A stretch of 36,264 nt of DNA from a bacterium (GTDB lineage Bacteria; Desulfobacterota; Binatia; HRBIN30; CADEER01), in assembly GCA_039934135.1 (NCBI GenBank), contig JBDTMT010000002.1:1-36264 (forward strand), given 5' to 3'. The notes under the pieces are model-generated. The model had not been told where the DNA came from. It did no database searches and saw only the letters and a list, made by a program, of their open reading frames with translations. Made by a program: the position numbers and the translations under genes. Within the stretch, counting starts at the first letter, position 1. Every line of letters starts with the position of its first letter. This document shows, piece by piece, positions 18,955 to 27,806 of this stretch.

Positions 18955-19041
18955 GTGCCACCCAAGCACGCAGTCCCGGTCCACGGCACGATCCCCACAG
19001 ATCTCTCCAGGCCCGTCCTCCGCGATCCTTCTCCGTAACTC

Positions 19042-19200
19042 GGCTGTGCTCGCCAATTCCGAAGCTCAAGGGCCAGGTTGTTGGTTGTTAGGTTGTCAGG
19101 TTGTTGGCCTGAAGGATCGCAGGTTTCTCCGCACCAACAATTAACAACCAACAACCTGACAACCGGCTCCAGGGCATTCGGCGAATTGGCGGGCAAAGCC
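19042..19200. mobile_element. MITE-like element, copy 2 (18-bp TIRs enclosing a GGTTGTT inverted array)
   Basis: GGCTGTGCTCGCCAATTC (19042-19059) and GAATTGGCGGGCAAAGCC (19183-19200) are 16/18 complementary; internal GGTTGTT/AACAACC arms at 19075-19164. Confidence 0.7.
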
Positions 19201-19237
19201 ACGTGCCTCTGTGCCTCTGTGGTGAATCCCATGCAAC

Positions 19238-20854
19238 TCATTCCAACCCCAGCGCCTGCATCGCCTCGGCCCTGGTGCGCTTGAAGTCGGCCTTGCCGGC
19301 CGGGCTGCGGTAGACGTCGTCGACCTGCACGACGTGCTTCGGGGCTTTGTAGGCGGCGAGTCGCTCCTTGACGAAGATCTTCAGCGCCTCGCCGTCGAGC
19401 CGTGCGCCGAGCGGCGAGACCACCGCGGTGATGGCTTCGCCGAAGCGCTCGTCCGGCACGCCGACGACGACGCAGTCGCGCACGCCAGGGAAGCGTTTGA
19501 CCACTTCCTCGACTTCCTCGGGGAAGACCTTCTCGCCGCCGGTGTTGATGCACACCGAGCCGCGCCCGAGCAGCGTCAGCGTGCGGCCGTCGTCGTTGAC
19601 CGTGGCCCAGTCGCCCGGCACCGAGAAGCGGCCGTCCGGCGTCTGGACGAAGGTGCGGGCGCTCTTCTCCGGATCCTTGTAGTAGCCGACCGGCTGCGGT
19701 CCGCCGACGCCGACCAATCCCTTGGCGCCCGGCTGCGCCTCGATCAGATGCAGCTGCTCGTCGAACAGCCGCGTCGTATCCGAGAGTTGAAACTTGCCGG
19801 TCTCCACCACACCGGCGGAGGTGGTCATCGACATGCCCATGCCGACGGCCTCGGAGGAACTGAACGAATCGATCAGCATGAGCTGCGGCAAGTGCTCCAA
19901 CAGTCCCTGCTTGGTTTCCTGGCTCCACATCACTCCCGAGGAGGTGATGATGTTGAGCGACGACAGATCGTAACGCCGCTCGCCGGCCAGGGCGCGCAGC
20001 AGCGGCTTGGCGAACGAGTCGCCGACGATGGTCACCGTCGTGGCGTGCTCGCGCTCGACAAGCGCCCACACTTCGTCGGCGTCGAAGCGCTTGGGGTTGT
20101 CGAGCAGCAGCACCGCGCCGCCGCCGAGCCAGGCGATGACAGCGGTGAACCAGCCGGTGCCGTGCATCAGCGGTGGGCCGATCACCGAGCGCAGCGGAAT
20201 CGGTGGGTTCTTGGCGCGCTCGCCCAACTCCTCGAAGCTCGCCGGCGGCGGCATGAGGCCGCCGCCGGCCAGGCGCAGATACAGATCGCCCTGACGCCAC
20301 ATGACGCCCTTCGGCATCCCGGTGGTGCCGCCGGTGTAGAGGAAGAGGTGATCGTCTGGTGAACGCGTTACCGTCGGCGCCGGGCGGTCGTGCTCCGCCA
20401 CGGTCTCGTACGCCTCGGCGTCGCGCAGCCCGCCGAGCGACGGTGCCGCGGCGCCGTCGCCGACGACCAGCACGCCGCGCAGTTTCGGCAGCGCGGCGCT
20501 CACCGTCGCCAGCAGCGGCACGAACTCCTCGTGCACGACGACGATCTCGGCATCGGCGTTGTCGAGCAGGTAGCGCAGCTCCTCCTCGCGATAGCGGTAG
20601 TTGACGTTGACCGGCACCAGCGCCGCTTTCATCGCGGCGTAGACGCCCTCGACGTAGGCGGGATGATTGTAGGTGTAGAGGGCGACCTTGGCCTGATGTG
20701 AGGCGCTGCGCGCCTTCATCCAGGCGGCGACATTGCGGGCTCGGCGCTCGATCGCCTGCCAGGTGAAGTGGCGCTCGCCCTGCACCAGCGCTTCGCGCTC
20801 GGGACACGCCGCCGCGACGACATCGAAGCTGTCCGCGAGATTGAACCCGCTCAT
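19238..20854 (-). CDS. Acyl-CoA synthetase (FadD19-like AMP-binding enzyme)
   Basis: NVNYRY, LYTGGTTGMPKGVMW, PLMHGTG, GYYKDPEKSA, PGDWA, GRGSVCINTGGEKVFPEEVE, RSPAGKAD; ATGA overlap with the upstream gene. Confidence 0.93.
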   Translation of the reverse strand: MSGFNLADSFDVVAAACPEREALVQGERHFTWQAIERRARNVAAWMKARSASHQAKVALYTYNHPAYVEGVYAAMKAALVPVNVNYRYREEELRYLLDNADAEIVVVHEEFVPLLATVSAALPKLRGVLVVGDGAAAPSLGGLRDAEAYETVAEHDRPAPTVTRSPDDHLFLYTGGTTGMPKGVMWRQGDLYLRLAGGGLMPPPASFEELGERAKNPPIPLRSVIGPPLMHGTGWFTAVIAWLGGGAVLLLDNPKRFDADEVWALVEREHATTVTIVGDSFAKPLLRALAGERRYDLSSLNIITSSGVMWSQETKQGLLEHLPQLMLIDSFSSSEAVGMGMSMTTSAGVVETGKFQLSDTTRLFDEQLHLIEAQPGAKGLVGVGGPQPVGYYKDPEKSARTFVQTPDGRFSVPGDWATVNDDGRTLTLLGRGSVCINTGGEKVFPEEVEEVVKRFPGVRDCVVVGVPDERFGEAITAVVSPLGARLDGEALKIFVKERLAAYKAPKHVVQVDDVYRSPAGKADFKRTRAEAMQALGLE

Positions 20855-21294
20855 GCGCGCTCCATCGCCGGCGTCGCATTGCCGCCGGCGGCGCGGAAGG
20901 CGGCGCGCGCCGCCAGGCTGGCGCGCACATCGTAGATATCTTCCTCGCGACTCCACAGGCCGTCGCGATACTGCAGATAGGTCACGGTCGGGAACGCGAT
21001 CGGCGCGCCGCCCTTGGGATTCGGATAGGCGTTGTCGATGCAGAAGCAGACCTGGGCGTTGTCGATCAGCTGCCAGGTGACGGGCGGGAAATACATATCG
21101 GGCACGCCGGCCATCACCGTCGTGATCCACGTGCGGATCGCCGCGCGGCCGTTGAAGGTGCCGTACTGCGCCTCGACGTAGACCGCGTCCTCGGTGAAGA
21201 GATCGGCCCAGGCGTTCCAGTCGCGCCCGTAGGCGCCGACTTCCAGGTAATGTTGAAAGGCGCGCTCGACCTCAGCGCGAGTGGGTGTGGCCAT
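20851..21294 (-). CDS. SnoaL-like / NTF2 family protein
   Basis: DWNAWADLFTEDAVYVE..YGTFNGRAAIRTWI, LQYRDGLWSREEDIYD; GGGGAGGGAG RBS. Confidence 0.85.
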   Translation of the reverse strand: MATPTRAEVERAFQHYLEVGAYGRDWNAWADLFTEDAVYVEAQYGTFNGRAAIRTWITTVMAGVPDMYFPPVTWQLIDNAQVCFCIDNAYPNPKGGAPIAFPTVTYLQYRDGLWSREEDIYDVRASLAARAAFRAAGGNATPAMERA

Positions 21295-21398
21295 GCGATC
21301 TCCCTCCCCCAGGGCCTCGCTACCTAAGCCGGACGGGAGCGAGCGTCAACGCTGTCTCGTCAGCTCGTGGAAAGCGTCTCGTCGACCCGCGCGCTCAC

Positions 21399-21917
21399 TC
21401 AATGGTTCAGGCGTTGCCACGCACGGACGGCGGTCGCCGGCACGTCGCGCAGACGGGCATTGACCTCGTTACGCAGCGTGGCGGGATCGGTCTGCAGCAA
21501 GAGGCGCACGTCGAGCAGATCCTGCGGGCTGCCGGCATAGAGTTTGAGCAGTATGAGATCGGCGCGATCGACTATCGGCAGCTTGGGGCTTCCCGTGCCG
21601 ACCCACAGGCGGCGCTCCAGCATGACGCGCATCCATGCCCCCCGGCCGACGATGAGGTCGATACGCTCATCCTCGCTGGCAAAGGAGACCACACCCGCCA
21701 GCGGATCATCAGCATCGCCACGGCGTATGTCCGGTGACGGAATACCGCGCCGACGCGGCCAGTACGTTGTCGCCAACACCCGCCGGTCGGCGACCAAGAT
21801 GTCCGTGTCGAGTGTGGCTCGCGCGATGCCGTGCGCGCCGAGGGCCACGCCGCCGATGATCGCAGCGGTCACACCGTCGCGCTCGAGCAGCGCGACGAGC
21901 CGTGCTGCCAACATCAT
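21399..21917 (-). CDS. Putative nucleotidyltransferase (DUF6036/AbiEii-like superfamily)
   Basis: IIGGVALGAHGIARATLDTDILV (GG...R.T.DxD), RIDL, DLILLKLYAGSPQDLLD (K....D..D). ATG at 21917 overlaps the stop of the upstream small ORF. Confidence 0.75.
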   Translation of the reverse strand: MMLAARLVALLERDGVTAAIIGGVALGAHGIARATLDTDILVADRRVLATTYWPRRRGIPSPDIRRGDADDPLAGVVSFASEDERIDLIVGRGAWMRVMLERRLWVGTGSPKLPIVDRADLILLKLYAGSPQDLLDVRLLLQTDPATLRNEVNARLRDVPATAVRAWQRLNH

Positions 21918-22141
21918 CGGTCGAGCGCTGCGATGCACTTGGAATGCCGGCGGCCCCGGCGCGCATTGCGCTGCATGGCCTGGCGCGCCGCCGCTCGCGA
22001 AGTGCCGCGCGGCTGCGTGGACAGATAGAGGTCGAGCGCCTGCTCGCCGAGACGTCGTACCGCCTCCATGCGTTGCGCCGCCGTTCCCCAGGCGTGCGTG
22101 GCCGCTTCGACGACCAGGGTTCGGCGCGGCAACTTGGCCAT
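21914..22141 (-). CDS. Small basic hypothetical protein coupled to the nucleotidyltransferase (candidate antitoxin/partner)
   Basis: 75-aa ORF with ATGA overlap to the downstream NTase; looks helical and Arg-rich. No family recognised; start uncertain. Confidence 0.55.
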   Translation of the reverse strand: MAKLPRRTLVVEAATHAWGTAAQRMEAVRRLGEQALDLYLSTQPRGTSRAAARQAMQRNARRGRRHSKCIAALDR

Positions 22142-22208
22142 GCGTTGCGACTGGCAGAGCCGGCGCCGCGGGTCAATTCTGCGGCTCAGCGCCAGCTCGC
22201 CGCGCCGC

Positions 22209-23783
22209 TCAGTTCACGCGCCGCGCGCCGGCCCAGTAGCGCTCGCGCAGTTTGAACTTCTGCAGCTTGCCGGTGGCGGTACGCGGCAGCTCGGCGATCA
22301 GGTCGACCGAGGTCGGACATTTGAAGTGTGCCAGCCTGTCCCGGCAGAACGCCAGCAGCTCGGCCTCGGTTGCCGTCTGCTCCGGGCGCAGCACCACCAG
22401 GGCCTTCGGTGTCTCGCCCCATTTTGGATGCGGCACACCGATGACCGCGCATTCGAACACCGCCGGATGCTGGAACAGCGCATCCTCGATTTCCGGCGAG
22501 CTGATGTTCTCACCGCCGGAGATGATCACGTCCTTCTTGCGGTCGACGATGTGCACGTTGCCGACCGCATCCCACACCGCCAGATCGCCGGTGTGAAAGA
22601 AGCCGTCGCGGATCGCTTCGGCCGTCTCCTGCGGTTGCTCCCAGTAGCCCTTGAAGACGACGTTCGAGCGCGCGCAGATCTCGCCGATCGCCTCGCCGTC
22701 CTGCGCCACCGCTTGGCCGCTCTCGTCCATCACCACGATCTCGACGCCGATCCCTTCGACGCCGGCATGCGAGCGCCGCGCCCAATCGTCGGCGCGCGTG
22801 CCGAAGTCGGGCACCGACACGGTCAGCAGCGGCGCGGTCTCGGTGAGCCCGTAGATCTGCAGAAACTGCCAGCCGAGCTCTGTCTCCAGGCGTTCGATGA
22901 ACGCCGCCGGCGGCGGCGCGCCGGCGACGGTGAAGCGCGGCCGCGTGCGCACCGCGTGCTGGCTCTTGTGCGGGTAGTCGAGAATCGCGCGCAGCACCGC
23001 CGGCGCCATGCACGCGAAGGTGACGCCTTCGGCCGCGATCAAGTCGTAGACGGTCTTGGCGTCGATGCTGCGCAGGATGATGTGCGTGCCGCCCTGCCCG
23101 GTCAGCGCGTACACGCCGCCCCAGCCGTTGCAGTGGAACATCGGCAGCGTCCACAGCTCGACATCGTCGTGCCGCACGCCGAGATGGGCGATCAGATTGT
23201 AGGCGTTCAGGTAGCAGTTGCGGTGCGTCATCATGACGCCCTTGGGCCGCGCCGTGGTGCCCGAGGTGTAGTTGATAGACACCAGATCGTCTTCGTCGAT
23301 CGCCACCGGCGGCGGCGGATCGGCGCTGGCAGCGCCGATCCAATTCTCCCAGTCCGTCCAGCCCTCGCCTGCGCTGCCGCTGTCGCCGGCGCTGATCCAG
23401 TGCTCGACGCCCGGCAGCTCGGCGCGAATGCCGTCGACGACAGCGGTGTATTCGCGGTCGACCAGGATGGCGCGCACGCCGGCGTGGTTGAGGATGTAGG
23501 CGTGATCGGCGGCCATGAGACGATAGTTCAGCGGCACCAGAATCGCGCCGATCAGGCTGGTGCCGTAGAAGCTCTCGAGAAAGAAGTGCGAGTTCGGGCT
23601 GAGAATGCAGACGCGATCGCCATGGCCGATGCCGAGATCGCGCAGCGCGTTGGCGAGGCGGAAGCAGCGCGCCTGCAGCGCGCCGTAGGACAGCCGTTGC
23701 ACGCCGTCCACCACCGCCACCTTGTCGGGATAGATCTTGGCGGCGCGGCGCAGAAAGTCCGTCACCAGCAAGGGCACGCGCAC
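22209..23783 (-). CDS. Long/medium-chain fatty-acid--CoA ligase
   Basis: INYTSGTTARPKGV, LPMFHCNGWG, YGLTET, FHTGDLA, DRKKDVIISGGENISS.EIE, LPRTATGKLQK. Confidence 0.95.
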   Translation of the reverse strand: MRVPLLVTDFLRRAAKIYPDKVAVVDGVQRLSYGALQARCFRLANALRDLGIGHGDRVCILSPNSHFFLESFYGTSLIGAILVPLNYRLMAADHAYILNHAGVRAILVDREYTAVVDGIRAELPGVEHWISAGDSGSAGEGWTDWENWIGAASADPPPPVAIDEDDLVSINYTSGTTARPKGVMMTHRNCYLNAYNLIAHLGVRHDDVELWTLPMFHCNGWGGVYALTGQGGTHIILRSIDAKTVYDLIAAEGVTFACMAPAVLRAILDYPHKSQHAVRTRPRFTVAGAPPPAAFIERLETELGWQFLQIYGLTETAPLLTVSVPDFGTRADDWARRSHAGVEGIGVEIVVMDESGQAVAQDGEAIGEICARSNVVFKGYWEQPQETAEAIRDGFFHTGDLAVWDAVGNVHIVDRKKDVIISGGENISSPEIEDALFQHPAVFECAVIGVPHPKWGETPKALVVLRPEQTATEAELLAFCRDRLAHFKCPTSVDLIAELPRTATGKLQKFKLRERYWAGARRVN

Positions 23784-23788
23784 GGCAG

Positions 23789-24151
23789 TCAGTCCTGGCG
23801 ATGCACGCTGTCGGGGGAGAAGGCCGGGGCACAGATGGCGATGTACTCGGCGCCTTCGGGCAGCGGCGTGCGGTAGCGCACCAATTCGCCGGGCAGCGTC
23901 ACCACCGCCTGGCCGGCGTAGACGTCGATGACGCCGCCGTCGTGTTCGACCTGCAGCATGCCTTTCAACACCACGGTGTACTCGGTGAAGTCGGGGCGCT
24001 GGCGCGGCTCTTCCCAGCCGCCCGGCGAACGCATGTGCGCGATGCTCACGGCGTCGGTCTGCGAGTTCACCCGCCCGAAGTACTCGTCGATCAACTTCGG
24101 CTTGTTGCCGGCCGCTTCAATACGCGTCGGTGCGGCAATGTGACGTGGCAT
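23789..24151 (-). CDS. Cupin domain protein
   Basis: GNKPKLIDEYFGRVNS, SPGGWEEPRQRPDFTEYTVVLKG, VRYRTP..GAEYIAIC.PAFSP; GGGAGG RBS before ATG 24151. Confidence 0.85.
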   Translation of the reverse strand: MPRHIAAPTRIEAAGNKPKLIDEYFGRVNSQTDAVSIAHMRSPGGWEEPRQRPDFTEYTVVLKGMLQVEHDGGVIDVYAGQAVVTLPGELVRYRTPLPEGAEYIAICAPAFSPDSVHRQD

Positions 24152-24213
24152 GCTGGTTCCTCCCAGCTGCGGATATGACGCGGCGGCCGAGCGGCGGCAA
24201 GCGCCGGACTCAC

Positions 24214-24471
24214 GTAGCGCGGGTCTCCAGACCCGTGTGCGGCTCTGGTAGCGCGGGTCTCTAGACCCGTGTGCGGCGCAGCGCAGCGGAGCCGCAGTGT
24301 GAGCCTGCCTTGGTTTGGTGGACCTCAGTGCGGCCAACGCTCACGCAACGCGCCTGCTCATCGCAGCGATGACCGCCTGCTTCGCCGCTCATCGTCGTGA
24401 CGCGGTGCGACCTGATTCTGCGGCTCCGCTGCGCTGCGCCGCACACGGGTCTGGAGACCCGCGCCACCAGA
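24214..24471. repeat. REP cluster / REPIN-like unit: three GTAG/GTGG-CGCGGGTCTnnAGACCCG REPs
   Basis: REP at 24214-24243; 54-bp arms at 24244-24297 and 24418-24471 are reverse complements with 2 mismatches around a 120-nt spacer. Confidence 0.9.
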
Positions 24472-24482
24472 GAAGAAACTGC

Positions 24483-25142
24483 TTACGCGTATTCCTCGCG
24501 CAGCGCTTCGTAGCGCGCCATGACTTTGCGCACGTAGCGGTTGCGCTTGGCGCGCTGCACCGACATGCGCCGCACCGGCGCCGGGCCCATGTTGTACGCA
24601 GCGACGGCTTTGTACGGATCGTCGAGCATTTCTTCGAGCTCGCGTAGATAACGTACGCCGATCTGGAGATTCACTTCCGGATCGGTCAACGTCTGCGAAC
24701 CGTGCCAGGCGACACCCGCGCGCGCCGCGACACCGCGTGCCGTCGCCGGCAACAGCTGCGTCAATCCGATGGCGCCGCCGCCACGCGCGGTCGTCAAACA
24801 ACCACTCTCCACCTGCACCAGCGCAGTGATGAACAACGGGTCGTAACCGTGTTGGCGGCTTTCGGCGTGGATCATTCGCGCAATACTCCAGCGCTGCTGG
24901 CGATTGAGGCGATTCGAACACTCGGTCAACGCCGACGCCACGGCGCCGACAGCGTCGATCGGCGGCGCGGTGGTGAGCATGGCCAGCGGTGGCTCATCGG
25001 CCGACATGGGCGTCGGCGCCAGCGTCAAAATCGTCGCCAAGCGCAATCCGCTTACGACGAGCAATCGTCTTGACCATCGGTGCGGCCGGCGTAATGCCGG
25101 GCGCTGAGCATGGCGATAGCAGTGCGATACCTGTTTCGTCAT
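24483..25142 (-). CDS. Lytic transglycosylase (SLT domain), N-terminally anchored or exported
   Basis: DPLFITALVQVESG (catalytic Glu), GAIGLTQL, DPEVNLQIGVRYL, AVAAYNMGP, YVRKV; AAGGGAGG RBS. Confidence 0.9.
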   Translation of the reverse strand: MTKQVSHCYRHAQRPALRRPHRWSRRLLVVSGLRLATILTLAPTPMSADEPPLAMLTTAPPIDAVGAVASALTECSNRLNRQQRWSIARMIHAESRQHGYDPLFITALVQVESGCLTTARGGGAIGLTQLLPATARGVAARAGVAWHGSQTLTDPEVNLQIGVRYLRELEEMLDDPYKAVAAYNMGPAPVRRMSVQRAKRNRYVRKVMARYEALREEYA

Positions 25143-25222
25143 GGCACGCGTCCCTCCCTTGCGAGCCGGCGGCCACCAGTTGGCGGCCACGAGGAGGCAT
25201 CGTCACGGACCGAGCCGCCTAA

Positions 25223-25240
25223 AGCAACCCCCCGGCCGGC
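25223..25240 (-). promoter_or_regulatory. Possible sigma54 (-24/-12) promoter for the transglycosylase
   Basis: Minus strand CCGGCCGGGGGGTTGCT has exact GG-N10-GC spacing with TTGC at -12; the -24 half matches TGGCAC only partly. Confidence 0.35.
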
Positions 25241-25370
25241 AAAAAGAGCTTATGCCGAGTGGCGCGCAATCTGATGGGGACCGCGCGCACGCAGAAGGGG
25301 AGAACGTGTTTCGCAGTTACGTCGTAACGAGCCGCCTGCTACGACGTCTATCTAACCACGCAACAACCGT

Positions 25371-26666
25371 TCAACTAACAGCGGCCTGACCGAACAACGC
25401 TTCACTCAAATACGGCAGCGCTTCGTCGGTCAGCGAGAGATCCGGCGCCAGGCGTTTGCCGAGACCCTCGGCGGCCATCAAGGCCAGGTTCACCATCGTC
25501 ATATGGCTGCGCGCGTGGATCTTGTGGCGCCGCAAGACGTCGAAGATGCGGCCGATCTCGACCGTCACCTGCATGCTGCCGAGCCCGCGCCGATGCAGGC
25601 TGTCGACCAGCGCGACCACCTCGCGTTCGTAAGCGCCGTAGTCCTTGGTGCCGACATACGGCGCGTTGTCGTAGAACAGGCGCGCCACCGTAGGCCCGTC
25701 GCCGGAGGCGAAGGCGAAGAGCGTCTGCGCCGTGCGCACGCGGTCCTCGTCGTCGAGCCGGCCGACCAGCCCGAGATCGAGCAGCACGACGCGCCCGGGA
25801 GGAAAGAAGCGCAGGTTGCCGGCGTGCAGATCAGCGTGCACGAAGCCGTGCAGGAAGATCATGCGGCAGACGCAGCGCATGCCGGCAGTGACGACGCGCC
25901 GCACGTCGATCGGATGCGCGTCGAGCTCGGCCTCGCGCACGCCGTCGACGAAAGCCATGGTCAGCACCGCGTCGCTGCACGCCGCCGGATACAGGCGCGG
26001 AAAGTCGACGTCCGGATCGGCGGCGAAGTTGGCCGCGAAGCGGACATTGTTCGCCGCCTCCTGGATGAAGTGCAGCTGCTCCTCGACCGCATCGCAGAAG
26101 GCACGCACCGCCATCTCCAGCGACACCAGGCGCAGCGACGGCACCAGCCGCTCGCCGACGCGCGCGGTGGCAAGCAGGATGGTGCGATCGAGGCGCACCT
26201 TGTCGATGATGTCCGGCCGCCGCACCTTCACCGCCACGACATCGCCGCCGTCGCGCAACACGGCGCGATGCACCTGCGCCACCGACGCGGCGGCGACCGG
26301 CTCGGACTCGAAGTCGGCATAGATCGCCTCCAACGGCTGGCCGAGATCGCCTTCAATCGTCGCTCGTACGGCGGCGAAGGCGAAGGCCGGGACGCGATCC
26401 TGCAGCGCCGTCAGTTCCTCGACCAACGGGCGCGGCAGCAGATCGGCGCGCGTCGACGCCAGTTGGCCGACCTTGATGAACGTCGCACCGAGACGCGTGC
26501 AGAAGCCGACCAACGCCCGGCCGGCGGCGCGCGGCGTGGCGTCGTCGCGGCCGCGCAGCGCAACGCGCTGGCGCACGAAGGCGAGCACGGCGGCGGCGGT
26601 CGCCAGGGCCATTTGCGCGCCGCGTACGGCGATGTGCCAGGCGTATTGAAACGGACGGGTCGACAC
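25371..26666 (-). CDS. ABC1/UbiB (AarF) family atypical protein kinase
   Basis: FIKVGQLASTRADLL (KxGQ), LQDRVP, AAASVAQVH, VAVKV, HADLHAGN, LDLGLVG. GTG start at 26666 is assumed. Confidence 0.92.
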   Translation of the reverse strand: MSTRPFQYAWHIAVRGAQMALATAAAVLAFVRQRVALRGRDDATPRAAGRALVGFCTRLGATFIKVGQLASTRADLLPRPLVEELTALQDRVPAFAFAAVRATIEGDLGQPLEAIYADFESEPVAAASVAQVHRAVLRDGGDVVAVKVRRPDIIDKVRLDRTILLATARVGERLVPSLRLVSLEMAVRAFCDAVEEQLHFIQEAANNVRFAANFAADPDVDFPRLYPAACSDAVLTMAFVDGVREAELDAHPIDVRRVVTAGMRCVCRMIFLHGFVHADLHAGNLRFFPPGRVVLLDLGLVGRLDDEDRVRTAQTLFAFASGDGPTVARLFYDNAPYVGTKDYGAYEREVVALVDSLHRRGLGSMQVTVEIGRIFDVLRRHKIHARSHMTMVNLALMAAEGLGKRLAPDLSLTDEALPYLSEALFGQAAVS

Positions 26667-26772
26667 GCGTGCCCTATCCGCGCACAGCCGTCGAAGCGCC
26701 GCAAACCGGCCGACCGCCGCGGGCGCCGGTACCGGTATTGAGTTCGCGTTCCCCTCCCGCGAAGCTGCGCGC

Positions 26773-27666
26773 ATGTCATCGGATGCCGAGTCCGCGGCGC
26801 GCGCGTTGCTGGCGCAGGCCACGCGCCGCACCCTGTCCCTGCCGCAGCGCGGTGTCGAAACCGCGCTGCTGGATTGGGGCGGCCGCGGACCGCTGGCGCT
26901 GCTGCACCACGCCAACGGATTCTGCAAAGGCCTGTGGGCCGAGGTCGCGGATGCGCTGCGCCACGATTGGCATGTCGTGGCAATGGATGCGCGCGGCCAC
27001 GGCGATTCGTCGCATCCCGAGAGTGCGGTGGCGTATGCGTGGGACCAGTTTGCCGAGGATCTGGTCGCCGTCGGCGAAGCCCTGGTGCGCGAACAGGGCG
27101 GCGCGCCGATCGGGCTCGGCATCGGCCACTCGTTCGGCGGCACGTCGATGGTCGGCGGCGCGGCGCGGCGCCCAGCGCTCTTCGAACGCTTGCTGCTGGT
27201 CGATCCGGTGGTACCGCCGCCGCTCGCCGCCGACGTCGACATCATGCAGGTGCCGTATCTGCGCAACCTGGTCGACGGCGCACGGAAGCGCCGCGCCCAC
27301 TGGCCGTCGCGCGCCGCGGCGCGCGCCTGGTGCGGTGAGCGGCGCTTCTTCGACGCCTGGCGCGCCGAGGCGATCGAGCTCTACCTGCTCGACGGCATGC
27401 ACGAACGGGCCGACGGCAGCCTGGAGCTCAAGTGTCCAGGCGCCGTCGAAGCCACCATCTTCGGCGGCAGCCACGCGGTCGATCTGCTCGCCCTCGCCGC
27501 GCGCGTGCCGACATCGACCCGCATCCTGTGGGCCGCCGGCGGCTACTTCCCGCGCGCCATCCACGAATCCCTCGCCGCCGCGATGCACGACGCGCAGCTC
27601 GAAGACGTCGATTGTGGTCATCTGGTGCCGATGGAGCGTCCCGACCTGGTCGTCGCGGCGGTGTGA
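26773..27666 (+). CDS. Alpha/beta fold hydrolase
   Basis: HHANGF, DARGHGDS, GHSFGG nucleophile elbow, LLLVDP, GHLVPMERP. Confidence 0.92.
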   Translation: MSSDAESAARALLAQATRRTLSLPQRGVETALLDWGGRGPLALLHHANGFCKGLWAEVADALRHDWHVVAMDARGHGDSSHPESAVAYAWDQFAEDLVAVGEALVREQGGAPIGLGIGHSFGGTSMVGGAARRPALFERLLLVDPVVPPPLAADVDIMQVPYLRNLVDGARKRRAHWPSRAAARAWCGERRFFDAWRAEAIELYLLDGMHERADGSLELKCPGAVEATIFGGSHAVDLLALAARVPTSTRILWAAGGYFPRAIHESLAAAMHDAQLEDVDCGHLVPMERPDLVVAAV

Positions 27667-27675
27667 GGAGCAGAG

Positions 27676-27778
27676 CAGGTGCCGGTTCCGGATTTCACGG
27701 GTCAGCCGGAATATTTCTACTGACACCTCACACCGGGCACCTGGCACCTGGCACCTGGCACCTGGCACCTGGCACCGG
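27676..27778. repeat. Heptamer tandem array (GGCACCT x5 plus variants) with a short inverted partner
   Basis: Five perfect GGCACCT units at 27736-27770, then GGCACCGG; complementary CAGGTGCCGG at 27676-27685. Confidence 0.88.
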
Positions 27779-27806
27779 ATCCTGCCGTCCCCTATCTTCC
27801 CCGTCC

